From Chthoniobacteraceae bacterium (lineage in GTDB: Bacteria > Verrucomicrobiota > Verrucomicrobiia > Chthoniobacterales > Chthoniobacteraceae): a DNA stretch of 64,000 nt. The stretch lies in NCBI GenBank assembly GCA_031409655.1, contig JANNXQ010000239.1, forward strand, positions 1 through 64,000, written 5' to 3'. Positions 50,283 through 59,425 of this stretch are shown piece by piece; position 1 is the stretch's first letter, and the number at the start of each line of letters is the position of its first letter. The position numbers were made by a program, and so were the translations under genes. The notes below the pieces were generated by a model. The model had not been told where the DNA came from. It worked only from the letters and a program-made list of their open reading frames with translations, and made no database searches.

Positions 50283-51023
50283 ATGAAGCGTTCGCCATTC
50301 AAACATCTGCGACGGCTGGTCAATGCGTGGCATCTGGGCGTGTCGTTTGGGCGGCGCTCGACGTTTCGAATGCCGGCGAAGATCCGGCTCGGCGGGCGGG
50401 AGGTCGCGATCACGGCGCCGGAGGAACAGGGGGCGCGGTGCGATTTTGTGACGTGCTTTTTGAGCGACGAGTACGCGCTCGGGAAGATCCGGTTTCCCGT
50501 CGCCACGATCGCGGACATCGGCGCGAATGTGGGCTTCTTCTCGATGGCCGCGAGCGCGCGTTTTCCGGCAGCGAAGATCCACGCTTATGAACCGAATCCG
50601 CGCGTGCATCCTTTTCTCCGCGCGAATCTCGGCGCGGTGAATGTGCCCATGTATCCCGAGGCAGTCGGAGCGCGCCCGGGCTGGGTGCAAATTCAAGACA
50701 CTGCCGAATCGAATGCGGCTTCGACGGTGCCGGTATCGGGCGAGGGAAATGGCGTGCCGCAGGTGTCGCTCGGGGAGGTGATCGAGCGACTCGGGGGGCA
50801 CGTCGATCTGGTGAAGATGGACTGCGAAGGGGCGGAGTGGGAGATGTTCACGGAGCCGGGACCGTGGCAGCGGATCAGGGAGGTGCGGATGGAATATCAT
50901 CTGCACGGTGGGCGCAGTTATTCCGACGTGCGCGCGGCGCTCGGCGGGCTCGGCTTTGCGATCTACCACCATCGTCCGGAGGACGGGATGGGGACGGTCT
51001 TCGCGAAGAATCGCGCGGGATGA
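50283..51023 (+). CDS. FkbM-family methyltransferase
   Basis: IADIGANVGFFS, HAYEPNP, DLVKMDCEGAEW. Confidence 0.9.
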   Translation: MKRSPFKHLRRLVNAWHLGVSFGRRSTFRMPAKIRLGGREVAITAPEEQGARCDFVTCFLSDEYALGKIRFPVATIADIGANVGFFSMAASARFPAAKIHAYEPNPRVHPFLRANLGAVNVPMYPEAVGARPGWVQIQDTAESNAASTVPVSGEGNGVPQVSLGEVIERLGGHVDLVKMDCEGAEWEMFTEPGPWQRIREVRMEYHLHGGRSYSDVRAALGGLGFAIYHHRPEDGMGTVFAKNRAG

Positions 51024-51024
51024 A

Positions 51025-51144
51025 CCTGGGAGCGCCGCCGTCCCCGTGCGGCAACCACGCACGCGCGCAGCGCCACTTTGCTTTCTAGAGGTGGCGCGGT
51101 GCGCGGAGGGGCACGATGCCGCACGGGACGGCGGCGCTCCCAGG
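51025..51144. repeat. REPIN/MITE-like palindromic element, copy 3
   Basis: CCTGGGAGCGCCGCCGTCCCCGTGCGGCA...TGCCGCACGGGACGGCGGCGCTCCCAGG. Confidence 0.9.
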
Positions 51145-51160
51145 ATGGCGCATCCTGCTA

Positions 51161-52201
51161 CTACGCCTTCGTCGCCCAGCGGAGTTTCGCGCTGCTGGAG
51201 CGGGGATTGGCGCGCGTTTCTTCCGGCGAAGCACGCAGCGGATCGGGCGCGATGGCGCTGTAGTAGCCGTCGAGCGCGCCGTATTTGAAGGCCTGTTTCA
51301 CCCGGCGGTCTTCTCCCGAGTGAAAGCTGAGGATGGCGACGCGCCCGCCGGGTTTCAGGCACTGCGGGAGGATGCGGAGGAAGGTGTCGAGCGCGCTGAA
51401 TTCATCATTCACCGCGATGCGCAGCGCCTGGAAGACGCGGCGCACGGAGTCTTCAATGTCCTGCCGCTGGCCGCGCGGATGGATGGTCAGGGTCTGGCGG
51501 ATCGCCTCCACGAGTGCGGTCGTCGTGGCGGGCGCCGCGCGAAGCAGGGCCGGGGCGAGGATCGCGGCGTGCGGTTCGTCGCTATGTTCGGTGAGGAGGC
51601 GTTCGAGTTGCGGGGCGCTCACCTTGGTGAGCCACTCGGAGGCGGGCTGGCCGCGCAGGGGATTCATGCGGAGATCGAGCGGGCCTTCGGTCTTGAAGGT
51701 GAAGCCGCGCGCGGGATCGTCGAGCTGCATGGAAGAGACGCCGAGATCCGCGAGGATCGCATCCGCGCCCCCCGGAGCTTCGATGGCGAGCACTTGCGCG
51801 AGGCCGGCGAAGTTTGTCTGCCGCACGATGAGCGCTTCTTCCGGCAGGCCGAGCGCCCGCAGACGCCCCTCCGTCTTGGGCAACTCGATGGGATCGACGT
51901 CCAGCGCGATCAGTCGTCCACGGGGCTGCACGGCGTGCAGCAGTTCCTGCGCGTGGCCGCCGTAGCCGAGCGTGCAGTCCACGGCGATCTCACCGGGGTG
52001 CGGCGTGAGCGCGGCGAGGATCTCGCGAACCATGATCGGACGATGCATGCCGGCTGGCGTCTTGCCGCTGGCGAGCACCTTCGCGACGTCCTCCGCGTAG
52101 CGCTCGGGTTGATGCTCTTTGTATTTTTCCGCAAAGCTGCGCGGATTTTTCCCCGAGTAACGCGGGCGCCGTTTCGGCTTCTCGGGAGGGAGGTCACTCA
52201 C
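51161..52201 (-). CDS. rsmH: 16S rRNA m4C1402 methyltransferase (variant with N-terminal extension)
   Basis: HRPIM, DCTLGYGGH, DLGVSSMQLD, FQALRIAVNDE, SFHSGEDRRVK, NPRSSSAKLR. Confidence 0.93.
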   Translation of the reverse strand: MSDLPPEKPKRRPRYSGKNPRSFAEKYKEHQPERYAEDVAKVLASGKTPAGMHRPIMVREILAALTPHPGEIAVDCTLGYGGHAQELLHAVQPRGRLIALDVDPIELPKTEGRLRALGLPEEALIVRQTNFAGLAQVLAIEAPGGADAILADLGVSSMQLDDPARGFTFKTEGPLDLRMNPLRGQPASEWLTKVSAPQLERLLTEHSDEPHAAILAPALLRAAPATTTALVEAIRQTLTIHPRGQRQDIEDSVRRVFQALRIAVNDEFSALDTFLRILPQCLKPGGRVAILSFHSGEDRRVKQAFKYGALDGYYSAIAPDPLRASPEETRANPRSSSAKLRWATKA

Positions 52202-53139
52202 TTGGCAAGAGCGCGAATCTGGACTTCGATCTCCGCGGCTTTCGCCTGCGCTTCCGCGACGGGCAGACCTTTCTCGGCGGTGCCGGGGCGAAGATGGCCG
52301 GCGTCCTTGATCCAGGCATCGGCAAGCAGCCTTCCGCGTTTGCGGATGAGGGTCATGAGTTCGGGCGCGAGTTTGGTCTGGCGAAATTTATCCGCGCTTT
52401 CCGGATCGAGTGCGGTGAGCAGATTCAGGGCGATCAGTTCGTGGCCCGCGGCGTCCGCGTGCACGCCGTCTTTGGCGAAGGTGAAGGTCGCGTTCGTTTC
52501 CCGCGCCTTCGCGATCGCGGCCTTCATCGGCGGATGGATGTCGATGACCTTCCAACCCGCCGAGCGCTGCTCCACGAGCCAGGCACCGTAGCGGGTGAGC
52601 ACTTCGTCGTAGCCTTCATACGGAGAGTTTGCGGACTCCTGGCCAGCGGGCGCGACCTTGCCACTGATCGGCACGGAATCGAAGACCGGCGGGGTGAGAT
52701 GGATCACCTGTGCACCGATCTTCGCGGCCTTTTCGCGGAGCTTGCGGATGCCGTCTTTGTAGCGCTGCGCCCGCACTTCGTCGTAGGGCTTGTAGATGCC
52801 GTCATTCATGCCGTAGCACGCGAAGATGAGATCGGGCTTGGTCTTCGCGAGCACGCGATCGAGGCGCTCGTGGAGGTCGGGGCGCGGAAATTTTCCACCC
52901 GCATGGCCGATCTCCGAAAGCCCCGAGACGGTCTCGCTCGGCAACCCGCAGTCGATGACCTCGAACTTTCGATCCGGGAATCGCGTGAAGAGGAAAGCCT
53001 CGAAGAGATCCACGTATTGCCCCGCGTAGGTGATGCTGTCGCCGAGGAAGACGATGCGCTTCACGCCCGGCAGGAAGTCGGCGGCTTGGAGTGGTGCGGC
53101 CAAGAGAAGGAACGAAAGGAGCAGGGGAGGGATTCGCAT
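52198..53139 (-). CDS. Exported SGNH/GDSL hydrolase
   Basis: FLGDSIT, YGMNDG, DGVH motifs; signal peptide from ATG 53139. Confidence 0.92.
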   Translation of the reverse strand: MRIPPLLLSFLLLAAPLQAADFLPGVKRIVFLGDSITYAGQYVDLFEAFLFTRFPDRKFEVIDCGLPSETVSGLSEIGHAGGKFPRPDLHERLDRVLAKTKPDLIFACYGMNDGIYKPYDEVRAQRYKDGIRKLREKAAKIGAQVIHLTPPVFDSVPISGKVAPAGQESANSPYEGYDEVLTRYGAWLVEQRSAGWKVIDIHPPMKAAIAKARETNATFTFAKDGVHADAAGHELIALNLLTALDPESADKFRQTKLAPELMTLIRKRGRLLADAWIKDAGHLRPGTAEKGLPVAEAQAKAAEIEVQIRALAK

Positions 53140-53238
53140 CGGAGGATTAAAAAGGGGAGTGGTGATAAAGGGCGAGTGTTTCCGTTCGGTGGGTTCGTCG
53201 GGCTTGATTTCACCCGGGAAACGAGCAGCCTGCGCGGC

Positions 53239-53451
53239 ATGACCGAGATCATCTTTGAAGTCCGGGAAGACACTGTGGACGGAGGACTCGCGGCTTCGGC
53301 GCTGGGGTTTGGCATCCACACGCAGGCCGAAAGCATCGAGGAGTTGCGGGTCAATGTGCGGGAGGCGGTGGATTGCTATTTCGACGAGTCGATGGAGGCG
53401 CCAAAGACGATTCGCCTGCACTTTGTGCGGGACGAAGTGCTCGCCCGATGA
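53239..53451 (+). CDS. hicB: HicB-like antitoxin
   Basis: 70 aa; EIIFEV..DGG..A, IHTQAESIEELRVNVREAVDCYF; ATGA overlap with hicA. Confidence 0.8.
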   Translation: MTEIIFEVREDTVDGGLAASALGFGIHTQAESIEELRVNVREAVDCYFDESMEAPKTIRLHFVRDEVLAR

Positions 53452-53690
53452 GGTTGCCGCGCGATGTGACGGGCACCGCGCTTGTGCAAGCGTTGCGCAC
53501 GTTCGGATACTCCGTCACGCGCCAGGAGGGTTCGCACATCCGCATCACCACGCAACGGGATGGCGAACACCACGAAGTCATTCCCGCTCACGACCCGATC
53601 AAAGTCGGGACACTCCACGGGATTCTCTCGACCGTCGCAGCCCATCATCGCTGCACGATGGAGAATCTGCTCCGTGAACTCGACCTGTAA
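53448..53690 (+). CDS. hicA: HicA-family toxin
   Basis: LRTFGYSVTRQEGSHIRI..IPAH..IKVGTLHGIL. Confidence 0.9.
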   Translation: MRLPRDVTGTALVQALRTFGYSVTRQEGSHIRITTQRDGEHHEVIPAHDPIKVGTLHGILSTVAAHHRCTMENLLRELDL

Positions 53691-53696
53691 CTCTCC

Positions 53697-55433
53697 ATGA
53701 AACGCTTACTCGCCCTCGTCCTTCCGCTCACCCTCTGCGCCCAGACCGATTATCCACCGCCGCCCGAGGCTACGCCGCGCGAGGGCGTGCCGAAAGGGGA
53801 ACTCATCAAGTTCGACTTCGACGGCTCGAAGATCTTCCCCGGGACCACGCGCGCCGTGACCATCTATGTGCCGCGCCAATACGACGGGACCAAGCCCGCG
53901 TGCGTCTATGTGAATCAAGACGGACTGCAGTGGAAGGCGGACACGGTCTTCGATAACCTGCTGGCGAAAGGCGAGCTGCCGGTGCTCATCGGCGTCTTTG
54001 TGATGCACGGACGGGTCAAGGCGGCGGATGAAACGAAGGCTCTGGATAGGTTCAATCGCAGCCTCGAATACGATGGCCTCGGTCCGGACTATGCGCGCTT
54101 CGTCCTCGAAGAGTTGCTGCCCGAGGTGGAGAAAAAGACGACCGCGGATGGCCGCAAAATTCTCCTCAGCAAATCCGGCAACGATCGCGCCATCGGTGGA
54201 TCGAGCTCCGGCGCGATCTGCGCTTTCACTGCGGCGTGGGAGCGGCCCGATGCTTTCTCCCGGGTCTTCAGCAATGTCGGCACTTTCGTGAGTCTGCGCG
54301 GCGGCGACACCTTGCCGGGGCTCATCCGCAAGTATGAGCCGAAGCCACTGCGCGTCTTCCAGGTCGATGGCTCGAATGACAACAACATCTACGCCGGCGA
54401 CTGGTGGATGGCGAACCAGATGCTGGACCGCGCGCTGACCTTTGCGGGCTACGATCACTGGAGCGTCTGGGGCGATGGCGGGCACAATGGGAAACACGGC
54501 ACGGCGGTCTTTCCCGATGCCATGCGTTACCTGTGGAAAGGCTGGCCGGCACCGGTGAAAGGCGGTCCTTCGCAGAACCGGATGCTCAATGAAATCCTCA
54601 TCGCCGGCGAAGAGTGGCAGCAGGTCTGGGAGGGCGGGAAATTCACCGAAGGTCCGGCGGCGAATGCGCAGGGCGAAGTCTTCTTCAACGACGTGCCGAA
54701 CTCGAAGACTTACAAGATCGCGCTCGACGGAAAGGTCACGGAATTCGTTGCCGACTCGAAGCGCGCGAATGGGATGGCCTTCGGGCCGGACGGACGCCTT
54801 TTCGCCGTCGCGGCGGGAGAGGAGAAGGTCGTGACTTTCGACTCCGCGGGAAAAGCCACGGAGATCGCGGGCGGGATCAAAGGCAACGACCTCGTCGCGC
54901 TGCACAATGGTGACCTCTACGTGACCGCGCCGAGCGCGGACCCGAAGCAGCCGAGTCAGGTGATCCTCATCAAACCGGACGGCACCAGGAAGGTCGTCGA
55001 TAGCGGCCTGAAGTTCACGAACGGCATCACCGCGAGCCCGGATCAGACGCTGCTCTATGTCGCCGATTCGCGGACCCGCTGGGTGTACAGTTACCAGATC
55101 CAGCGGGATGGTTCGCTGCGGCACAAGCAGCGTTACTTTTGGCTCCACGAGCCGGATGCCGCCGATGACTCGGGCGCGGATGGCATGGAGGTGGATGCGG
55201 ATGGCCGCCTCTATGTCGCGAGCCGCCTCGGGGTGCAAGTCTGCGACCAGGCGGGCCGCGTGAATGTGATCCTGCCGACGCCGAACGGAAAGGTGAGTAA
55301 CGTGACCTTCGGCGGCCCCGCGCATGACACGCTCTACGTCACAGCCGGGGACAAAGTCTTCAAACGCAAGCTCAAGGTAAAAGCCGCCGCGAGCTTTGAG
55401 GCGCCGATCAAACCGAAGGCTCCGGGACTTTAG
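53697..55433 (+). CDS. Fes-like esterase fused to SMP-30/gluconolactonase domain, exported
   Basis: GGSSSGAICAF nucleophile elbow; FTEGPA, NGITASPDQ, ADGMEVD propeller motifs. Confidence 0.88.
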   Translation: MKRLLALVLPLTLCAQTDYPPPPEATPREGVPKGELIKFDFDGSKIFPGTTRAVTIYVPRQYDGTKPACVYVNQDGLQWKADTVFDNLLAKGELPVLIGVFVMHGRVKAADETKALDRFNRSLEYDGLGPDYARFVLEELLPEVEKKTTADGRKILLSKSGNDRAIGGSSSGAICAFTAAWERPDAFSRVFSNVGTFVSLRGGDTLPGLIRKYEPKPLRVFQVDGSNDNNIYAGDWWMANQMLDRALTFAGYDHWSVWGDGGHNGKHGTAVFPDAMRYLWKGWPAPVKGGPSQNRMLNEILIAGEEWQQVWEGGKFTEGPAANAQGEVFFNDVPNSKTYKIALDGKVTEFVADSKRANGMAFGPDGRLFAVAAGEEKVVTFDSAGKATEIAGGIKGNDLVALHNGDLYVTAPSADPKQPSQVILIKPDGTRKVVDSGLKFTNGITASPDQTLLYVADSRTRWVYSYQIQRDGSLRHKQRYFWLHEPDAADDSGADGMEVDADGRLYVASRLGVQVCDQAGRVNVILPTPNGKVSNVTFGGPAHDTLYVTAGDKVFKRKLKVKAAASFEAPIKPKAPGL

Positions 55434-55439
55434 GCGGCG

Positions 55440-57827
55440 ATGCCTGGCCCAAAGCAACCAGCAACCGGACGGCGGGCGCGGAAAGGCCCGCGGGTCGTGG
55501 CAATCGTGCCGCCAGTCGCCTCCGTGGGTCCAGCGGAGATCGAAGCCTGCTATGACCGGGCCCCCATCGGCATGTGCGTGGTCGATCTTCAGTTCCGCTA
55601 TTTGCGGATCAATGAACTGCTCGCCGAGATGAATGGACGGAGCGTCGCGGAGCATCTCGGGCGGACGATCCGCGAGGTCATCCCGCAGATCGCGCCTTTG
55701 ATCGAGCGAATGCTGCGGCGGGTGATGCGCACCGGACGGCCCATCTTGAACCTGGAAGTGACTGGCGAGACCCCCGCCCACCCTGGGGAGACCCGCACTT
55801 GGCTGGCGAGTTGGCATCCGCTGAAAAATCACGCCGGTCGCATCGTCGCCCTCAGTTGCATGGCTCACGAGATCACCGAGCAGAAGCGGGCGGAAGGTGA
55901 GCGCGACCGCCTGCTCGAAACGCTCGAACTTGAACGCGCGCGGCTGACCACCGTGCTGGAACAGATGCCTGCGGGCGTGATCATCGTGGAGGCTCCGAGT
56001 GGGCGCAGCCTCTTTGACAATAAGGAGAGCGCCCGCATTTTCCGACACCCTTTCCGCCCGGCGGAGGAGATCGCCGAGTACGGGTGCTGGAAGCTTTTCC
56101 GCCCCGATGGTTCGCCGCTGCCCCTGGCGGAGTATCCGCTGGCCCGCGCCGTCCTCCGCGGAGCGACCACGACGGACGAGGAACTCATGATCGAGCGCGG
56201 CGACGGCAGCCGCGGGGTGATCTCCGCGAATGCCGCGCCCGTCCGCGATCGGCAGCGGAAGATCGTCGCCGCCGTGGTCACGTTTTTCGACATCACCGAG
56301 CAGCGCGAGACCCTCGGGGCGCTGCGCGAGAGCGAGGAAAAATTCCGCAAGATCGCGGAGAATTCTCCGCTCGGCCTCGGCATCTACAACACCGCGGGCA
56401 AGATCCACTTTTTGAATCCGAAGCTCCTCGAGATCGTCGGATGGCGACCGCGCGAGGTGCCGGATTTGCAGACTTGGTTTTCGAAGGTGTATCCCGATCC
56501 CGTCTATCGGCGGGAGGTGGAAGACACCTGGAAAGGGGACATCCGGCGCGTCCAGCGCGGCGAACTCACCCACTCACCGGTGCGGGAGTATCGGGTGACC
56601 TGCCGCGACGGGAGCGAGAAAATCTGCGAGGTCACTTTTGCCCTCGGGGCCGATCACACTTACGCCGTCTTTAGCGATGTGACTTCCCGCATCCGCGCGA
56701 CCGAGGCCCTGCGCGAGGCCACGGAATTCATGCGCGCGCTGCTCGAGTCCGCGCCCATCCCGATCTACGTCCGCGATGCCGCGCATCGCTACCGGCTGGT
56801 TAACCGGGAATGGGAAAGGCTCTTCCGCAGGAAGCGCGCGGAGGTGATCGGCCGCGCCATCACGGAGGTGCTCCCCGCAAAGCTGGCGGAATCCCTGGAG
56901 AAAGCGAATCGCCAGGTGCTCGCGCGGGAACGGACGGTTTCCACGGAGGAGACGGTCGACTTTCCCGAAGGCCGGCAGGTCTTTCACACCGTCAAATTTC
57001 CCCTGCGCAATGCCGCCGGGCGGGTCGATGCGGTGGGTGGAATTTCGATCGATATGACTCAGCGGATTCGCGCCGAGGAGGAATTTTTGCGGCTCAATGC
57101 GGAGCTGGAAGAGCGCGTGCTCGAGCGCACCGAGGAACTCGCGACGGCCAACCAGGAGCTGCGGCGGGAGATTGGCGAGCGGGTGCGGCTGCAGAGCGAA
57201 CTGCTGGAGATCAGCGAGCGCGAGCAGCGGCGGCTGGGGCAGGATTTGCACGATGAACTCGGCCAGCAGCTCACGGGGCTGGGCCTGATGCTGGCTGCCT
57301 TTGAGCAGGAGCTCAAGGTGGCCGGGCATCCGCGGGCGGCCCTCGTCACGGAATTCAGCGAACTCCTGCGCAAGGCGGTGACGGCGACGCGCGATCTGGC
57401 CAAGGGATTTTACCCCGTGGTGCTCGAAGAGGGCGGGCTGCTCGTGGCGCTGCAGGATCTCGCGCACCGCACGAACGCGATCGCGGGCGTGCGCTGTGCA
57501 ATCCGGCATCGCGGCAGTTTTCGCTTCAAGAAGGCGCAGGCCATCCACCTTTACCGGATCGCCCAGGAGGCGGTGAGCAATGCGCTCAAGCACGGGAAGC
57601 CGCGGACGATCGAGATTGTGCTCACGGTCCAGCGCGGACGCTCCGTGATGCGGATCTTCAATGACGGTCGCGCCTTCAAACCACCGGCCGCGGGCAACGG
57701 TGGCTTTGGCTTGCAGCTCATGCGCTATCGCGGCCGCTCCATCGGTGCGGAAGTGGCCTTCAGTTGCGGACCGAAGGGCGGCTGCGAAGTCGTGTGTACG
57801 CTCGGACCCTCGGTCGCCGGGGCCTGA
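55440..57827 (+). CDS. Multi-PAS sensor histidine kinase (HisKA_3)
   Basis: Four PAS-like segments; EQRRLGQDLHDELGQQLT, LYRIAQEAVSNALKHG; start uncertain. Confidence 0.9.
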   Translation: MPGPKQPATGRRARKGPRVVAIVPPVASVGPAEIEACYDRAPIGMCVVDLQFRYLRINELLAEMNGRSVAEHLGRTIREVIPQIAPLIERMLRRVMRTGRPILNLEVTGETPAHPGETRTWLASWHPLKNHAGRIVALSCMAHEITEQKRAEGERDRLLETLELERARLTTVLEQMPAGVIIVEAPSGRSLFDNKESARIFRHPFRPAEEIAEYGCWKLFRPDGSPLPLAEYPLARAVLRGATTTDEELMIERGDGSRGVISANAAPVRDRQRKIVAAVVTFFDITEQRETLGALRESEEKFRKIAENSPLGLGIYNTAGKIHFLNPKLLEIVGWRPREVPDLQTWFSKVYPDPVYRREVEDTWKGDIRRVQRGELTHSPVREYRVTCRDGSEKICEVTFALGADHTYAVFSDVTSRIRATEALREATEFMRALLESAPIPIYVRDAAHRYRLVNREWERLFRRKRAEVIGRAITEVLPAKLAESLEKANRQVLARERTVSTEETVDFPEGRQVFHTVKFPLRNAAGRVDAVGGISIDMTQRIRAEEEFLRLNAELEERVLERTEELATANQELRREIGERVRLQSELLEISEREQRRLGQDLHDELGQQLTGLGLMLAAFEQELKVAGHPRAALVTEFSELLRKAVTATRDLAKGFYPVVLEEGGLLVALQDLAHRTNAIAGVRCAIRHRGSFRFKKAQAIHLYRIAQEAVSNALKHGKPRTIEIVLTVQRGRSVMRIFNDGRAFKPPAAGNGGFGLQLMRYRGRSIGAEVAFSCGPKGGCEVVCTLGPSVAGA

Positions 57828-57885
57828 TTATGAGATTGCCGCGCCCGTCTCGCGGCGGCATGTAGGACGTCCGCTTCCACTCCCA

Positions 57886-58725
57886 ATGAAAACCCCACTC
57901 CTCTCGCTCCTCGCTTGCACCGCACTCACCGCCGCCGCCTCCGCCGCCGAGGGCAAAGGCATCGGCCACCAGGACACGCCGATCATCCCCGGCACCAAAT
58001 GGCACGTACATGATGGCGAGCGTCCGCAACCGCCGATCGTCACGCCCGGGGCGCCGAGCACGATCGAAAAAGCCGGGACCGCGCCGAGCGATGCGACGGT
58101 GCTTTTCGATGGGAAGGATCTCGCAAAGTGGCGGAAGGGAGATGGCTCTGATGCGCCGTGGAAGGTGGAGAATGGCTACGTGGAAGTCGTCCCGAAGAGC
58201 GGTGACCTTTTCACCCGCGACGAGTTCGGGCCGGACGTGCAGTTGCACATTGAATTTGCCACGCCGCCGCCGGTCGGTAACAGCCAGGGCCGTGGAAACA
58301 GCGGCGTCTTCTTTTACGGGAAGTACGAGATCCAGATCCTGGACAGCTACGAAAATCCCACCTACCCGGATGGCCAGGCCACCGGCATCTACGGCTACAT
58401 GGCACCGCAGGTGAATACCTCGCGCCCGCCGGGTGTCTGGCAGATGTATGACATCATTTTCGAAGGGCCGCAGTTTGCGGAAGGGAAGCTCACGAAGGCC
58501 GCCGTCGTGACCGTGCTGCACAATGGAGTGGTGACGCAGAATCGCACCGTCCTGATTGGCGAGACCCCGCATAAGAAGGTTGGCACCTACAAGGCTCATG
58601 GAGAGAAGGGCTCCATCAAATTGCAGGATCACGGCAACCCAATGCGTTTCCGCAATATCTGGATTCGCAACCTGCGGATGCCGTCGGCGGAAGATGTCGG
58701 CAGCGGACCCGAAATCGGAAAGTAA
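57886..58725 (+). CDS. DUF1080 protein
   Basis: PSDATVLFDGKDL, RGNSGV, YEIQILDS, LQDHGNPMRFRNIW. Confidence 0.92.
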   Translation: MKTPLLSLLACTALTAAASAAEGKGIGHQDTPIIPGTKWHVHDGERPQPPIVTPGAPSTIEKAGTAPSDATVLFDGKDLAKWRKGDGSDAPWKVENGYVEVVPKSGDLFTRDEFGPDVQLHIEFATPPPVGNSQGRGNSGVFFYGKYEIQILDSYENPTYPDGQATGIYGYMAPQVNTSRPPGVWQMYDIIFEGPQFAEGKLTKAAVVTVLHNGVVTQNRTVLIGETPHKKVGTYKAHGEKGSIKLQDHGNPMRFRNIWIRNLRMPSAEDVGSGPEIGK

Positions 58726-58746
58726 ACGTAGGCATAAAACCATCCT

Positions 58747-59289
58747 ATGAAACTCATCCTTACCGCCCTCGCTCTTATGGTTGCACCCCTCTTCGCCGCT
58801 GACTCCCCGCTTTACGCGATCCCGCTCAAGGATATCGAAGGCAAGGAAACGTCCTTAAAGGCCTACTCTGGGAAAGCGCTGCTCGTGGTCAACGTGGCCT
58901 CGCAGTGTGGCTATACGCGGCAATACACCGGCCTCGAAGCGCTCTGGCGGAAGTATCAGGACAAGGGCTTGGTGGTCCTCGGCTTTCCTTGCAATGACTT
59001 CGGCGGACAGGAGCCTGGCTCCACGGAGGAGATCAAGAAATTCTGCACGTCGAAGTACGACGTGACGTTCCCGATGTTTGACAAGGTGAGCGTGAAAGGC
59101 ACGGAGCAACATCCGCTCTTCACCGCGCTCTCCGGTCCGGCGTCGGCGTTTCCGGGAAATGTGAAGTGGAACTTCGGCAAGTTTCTGATCGGTCGCGATG
59201 GTAAGCTCCTCTCGCGCTATGGCTCGGATACCGAACCGGAATCGCCGGAGCTGGAGAAGGCTGTGGAGGCTGCCCTTGCGGTGAAGTAG
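58747..59289 (+). CDS. Glutathione peroxidase (Cys type, exported)
   Basis: VNVASQCGYT, LGFPCNDFGGQEPG, KWNFGKFL. Confidence 0.95.
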   Translation: MKLILTALALMVAPLFAADSPLYAIPLKDIEGKETSLKAYSGKALLVVNVASQCGYTRQYTGLEALWRKYQDKGLVVLGFPCNDFGGQEPGSTEEIKKFCTSKYDVTFPMFDKVSVKGTEQHPLFTALSGPASAFPGNVKWNFGKFLIGRDGKLLSRYGSDTEPESPELEKAVEAALAVK

Positions 59290-59294
59290 CGCCA

Positions 59295-59407
59295 GTAGTA
59301 GCGCAGGCATCCTTGCCTGTAGGGGGCGCAGGCTTCCAGCCTGCCGGGGAAGAAAGCAGGCAAGGATGCCTGCGGCACTCCTACAGGCTGGAAGCCTGCG
59401 CTACTAC
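59295..59407. repeat. GTAG-type REP cluster of four palindromic units
   Basis: GTAGCGCAGGCATCCTTGCCTG, GCGCAGGCTTCCAGCCTGC, GCAGGCAAGGATGCCTGCG, CAGGCTGGAAGCCTGCGCTAC. Confidence 0.88.
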
Positions 59408-59425
59408 GCGGACGCCTCATTTCCA

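Noticed and set aside
51161..52201. rsmH outside the dcw cluster as a novelty
   Set aside because: Stand-alone RsmH variants with a basic N-terminal extension are familiar, and all catalytic motifs are ordinary.
53706..56573. Long antisense ORFs (955 aa here; also 24157-26343, 27211-29511, 48059-50518 and others)
   Set aside because: They are shadows of well-supported genes on the opposite strand in high-GC DNA and carry no recognisable motifs.
58747..59289. Selenocysteine glutathione peroxidase
   Set aside because: The active-site codon is TGT (Cys); there is no in-frame TGA.
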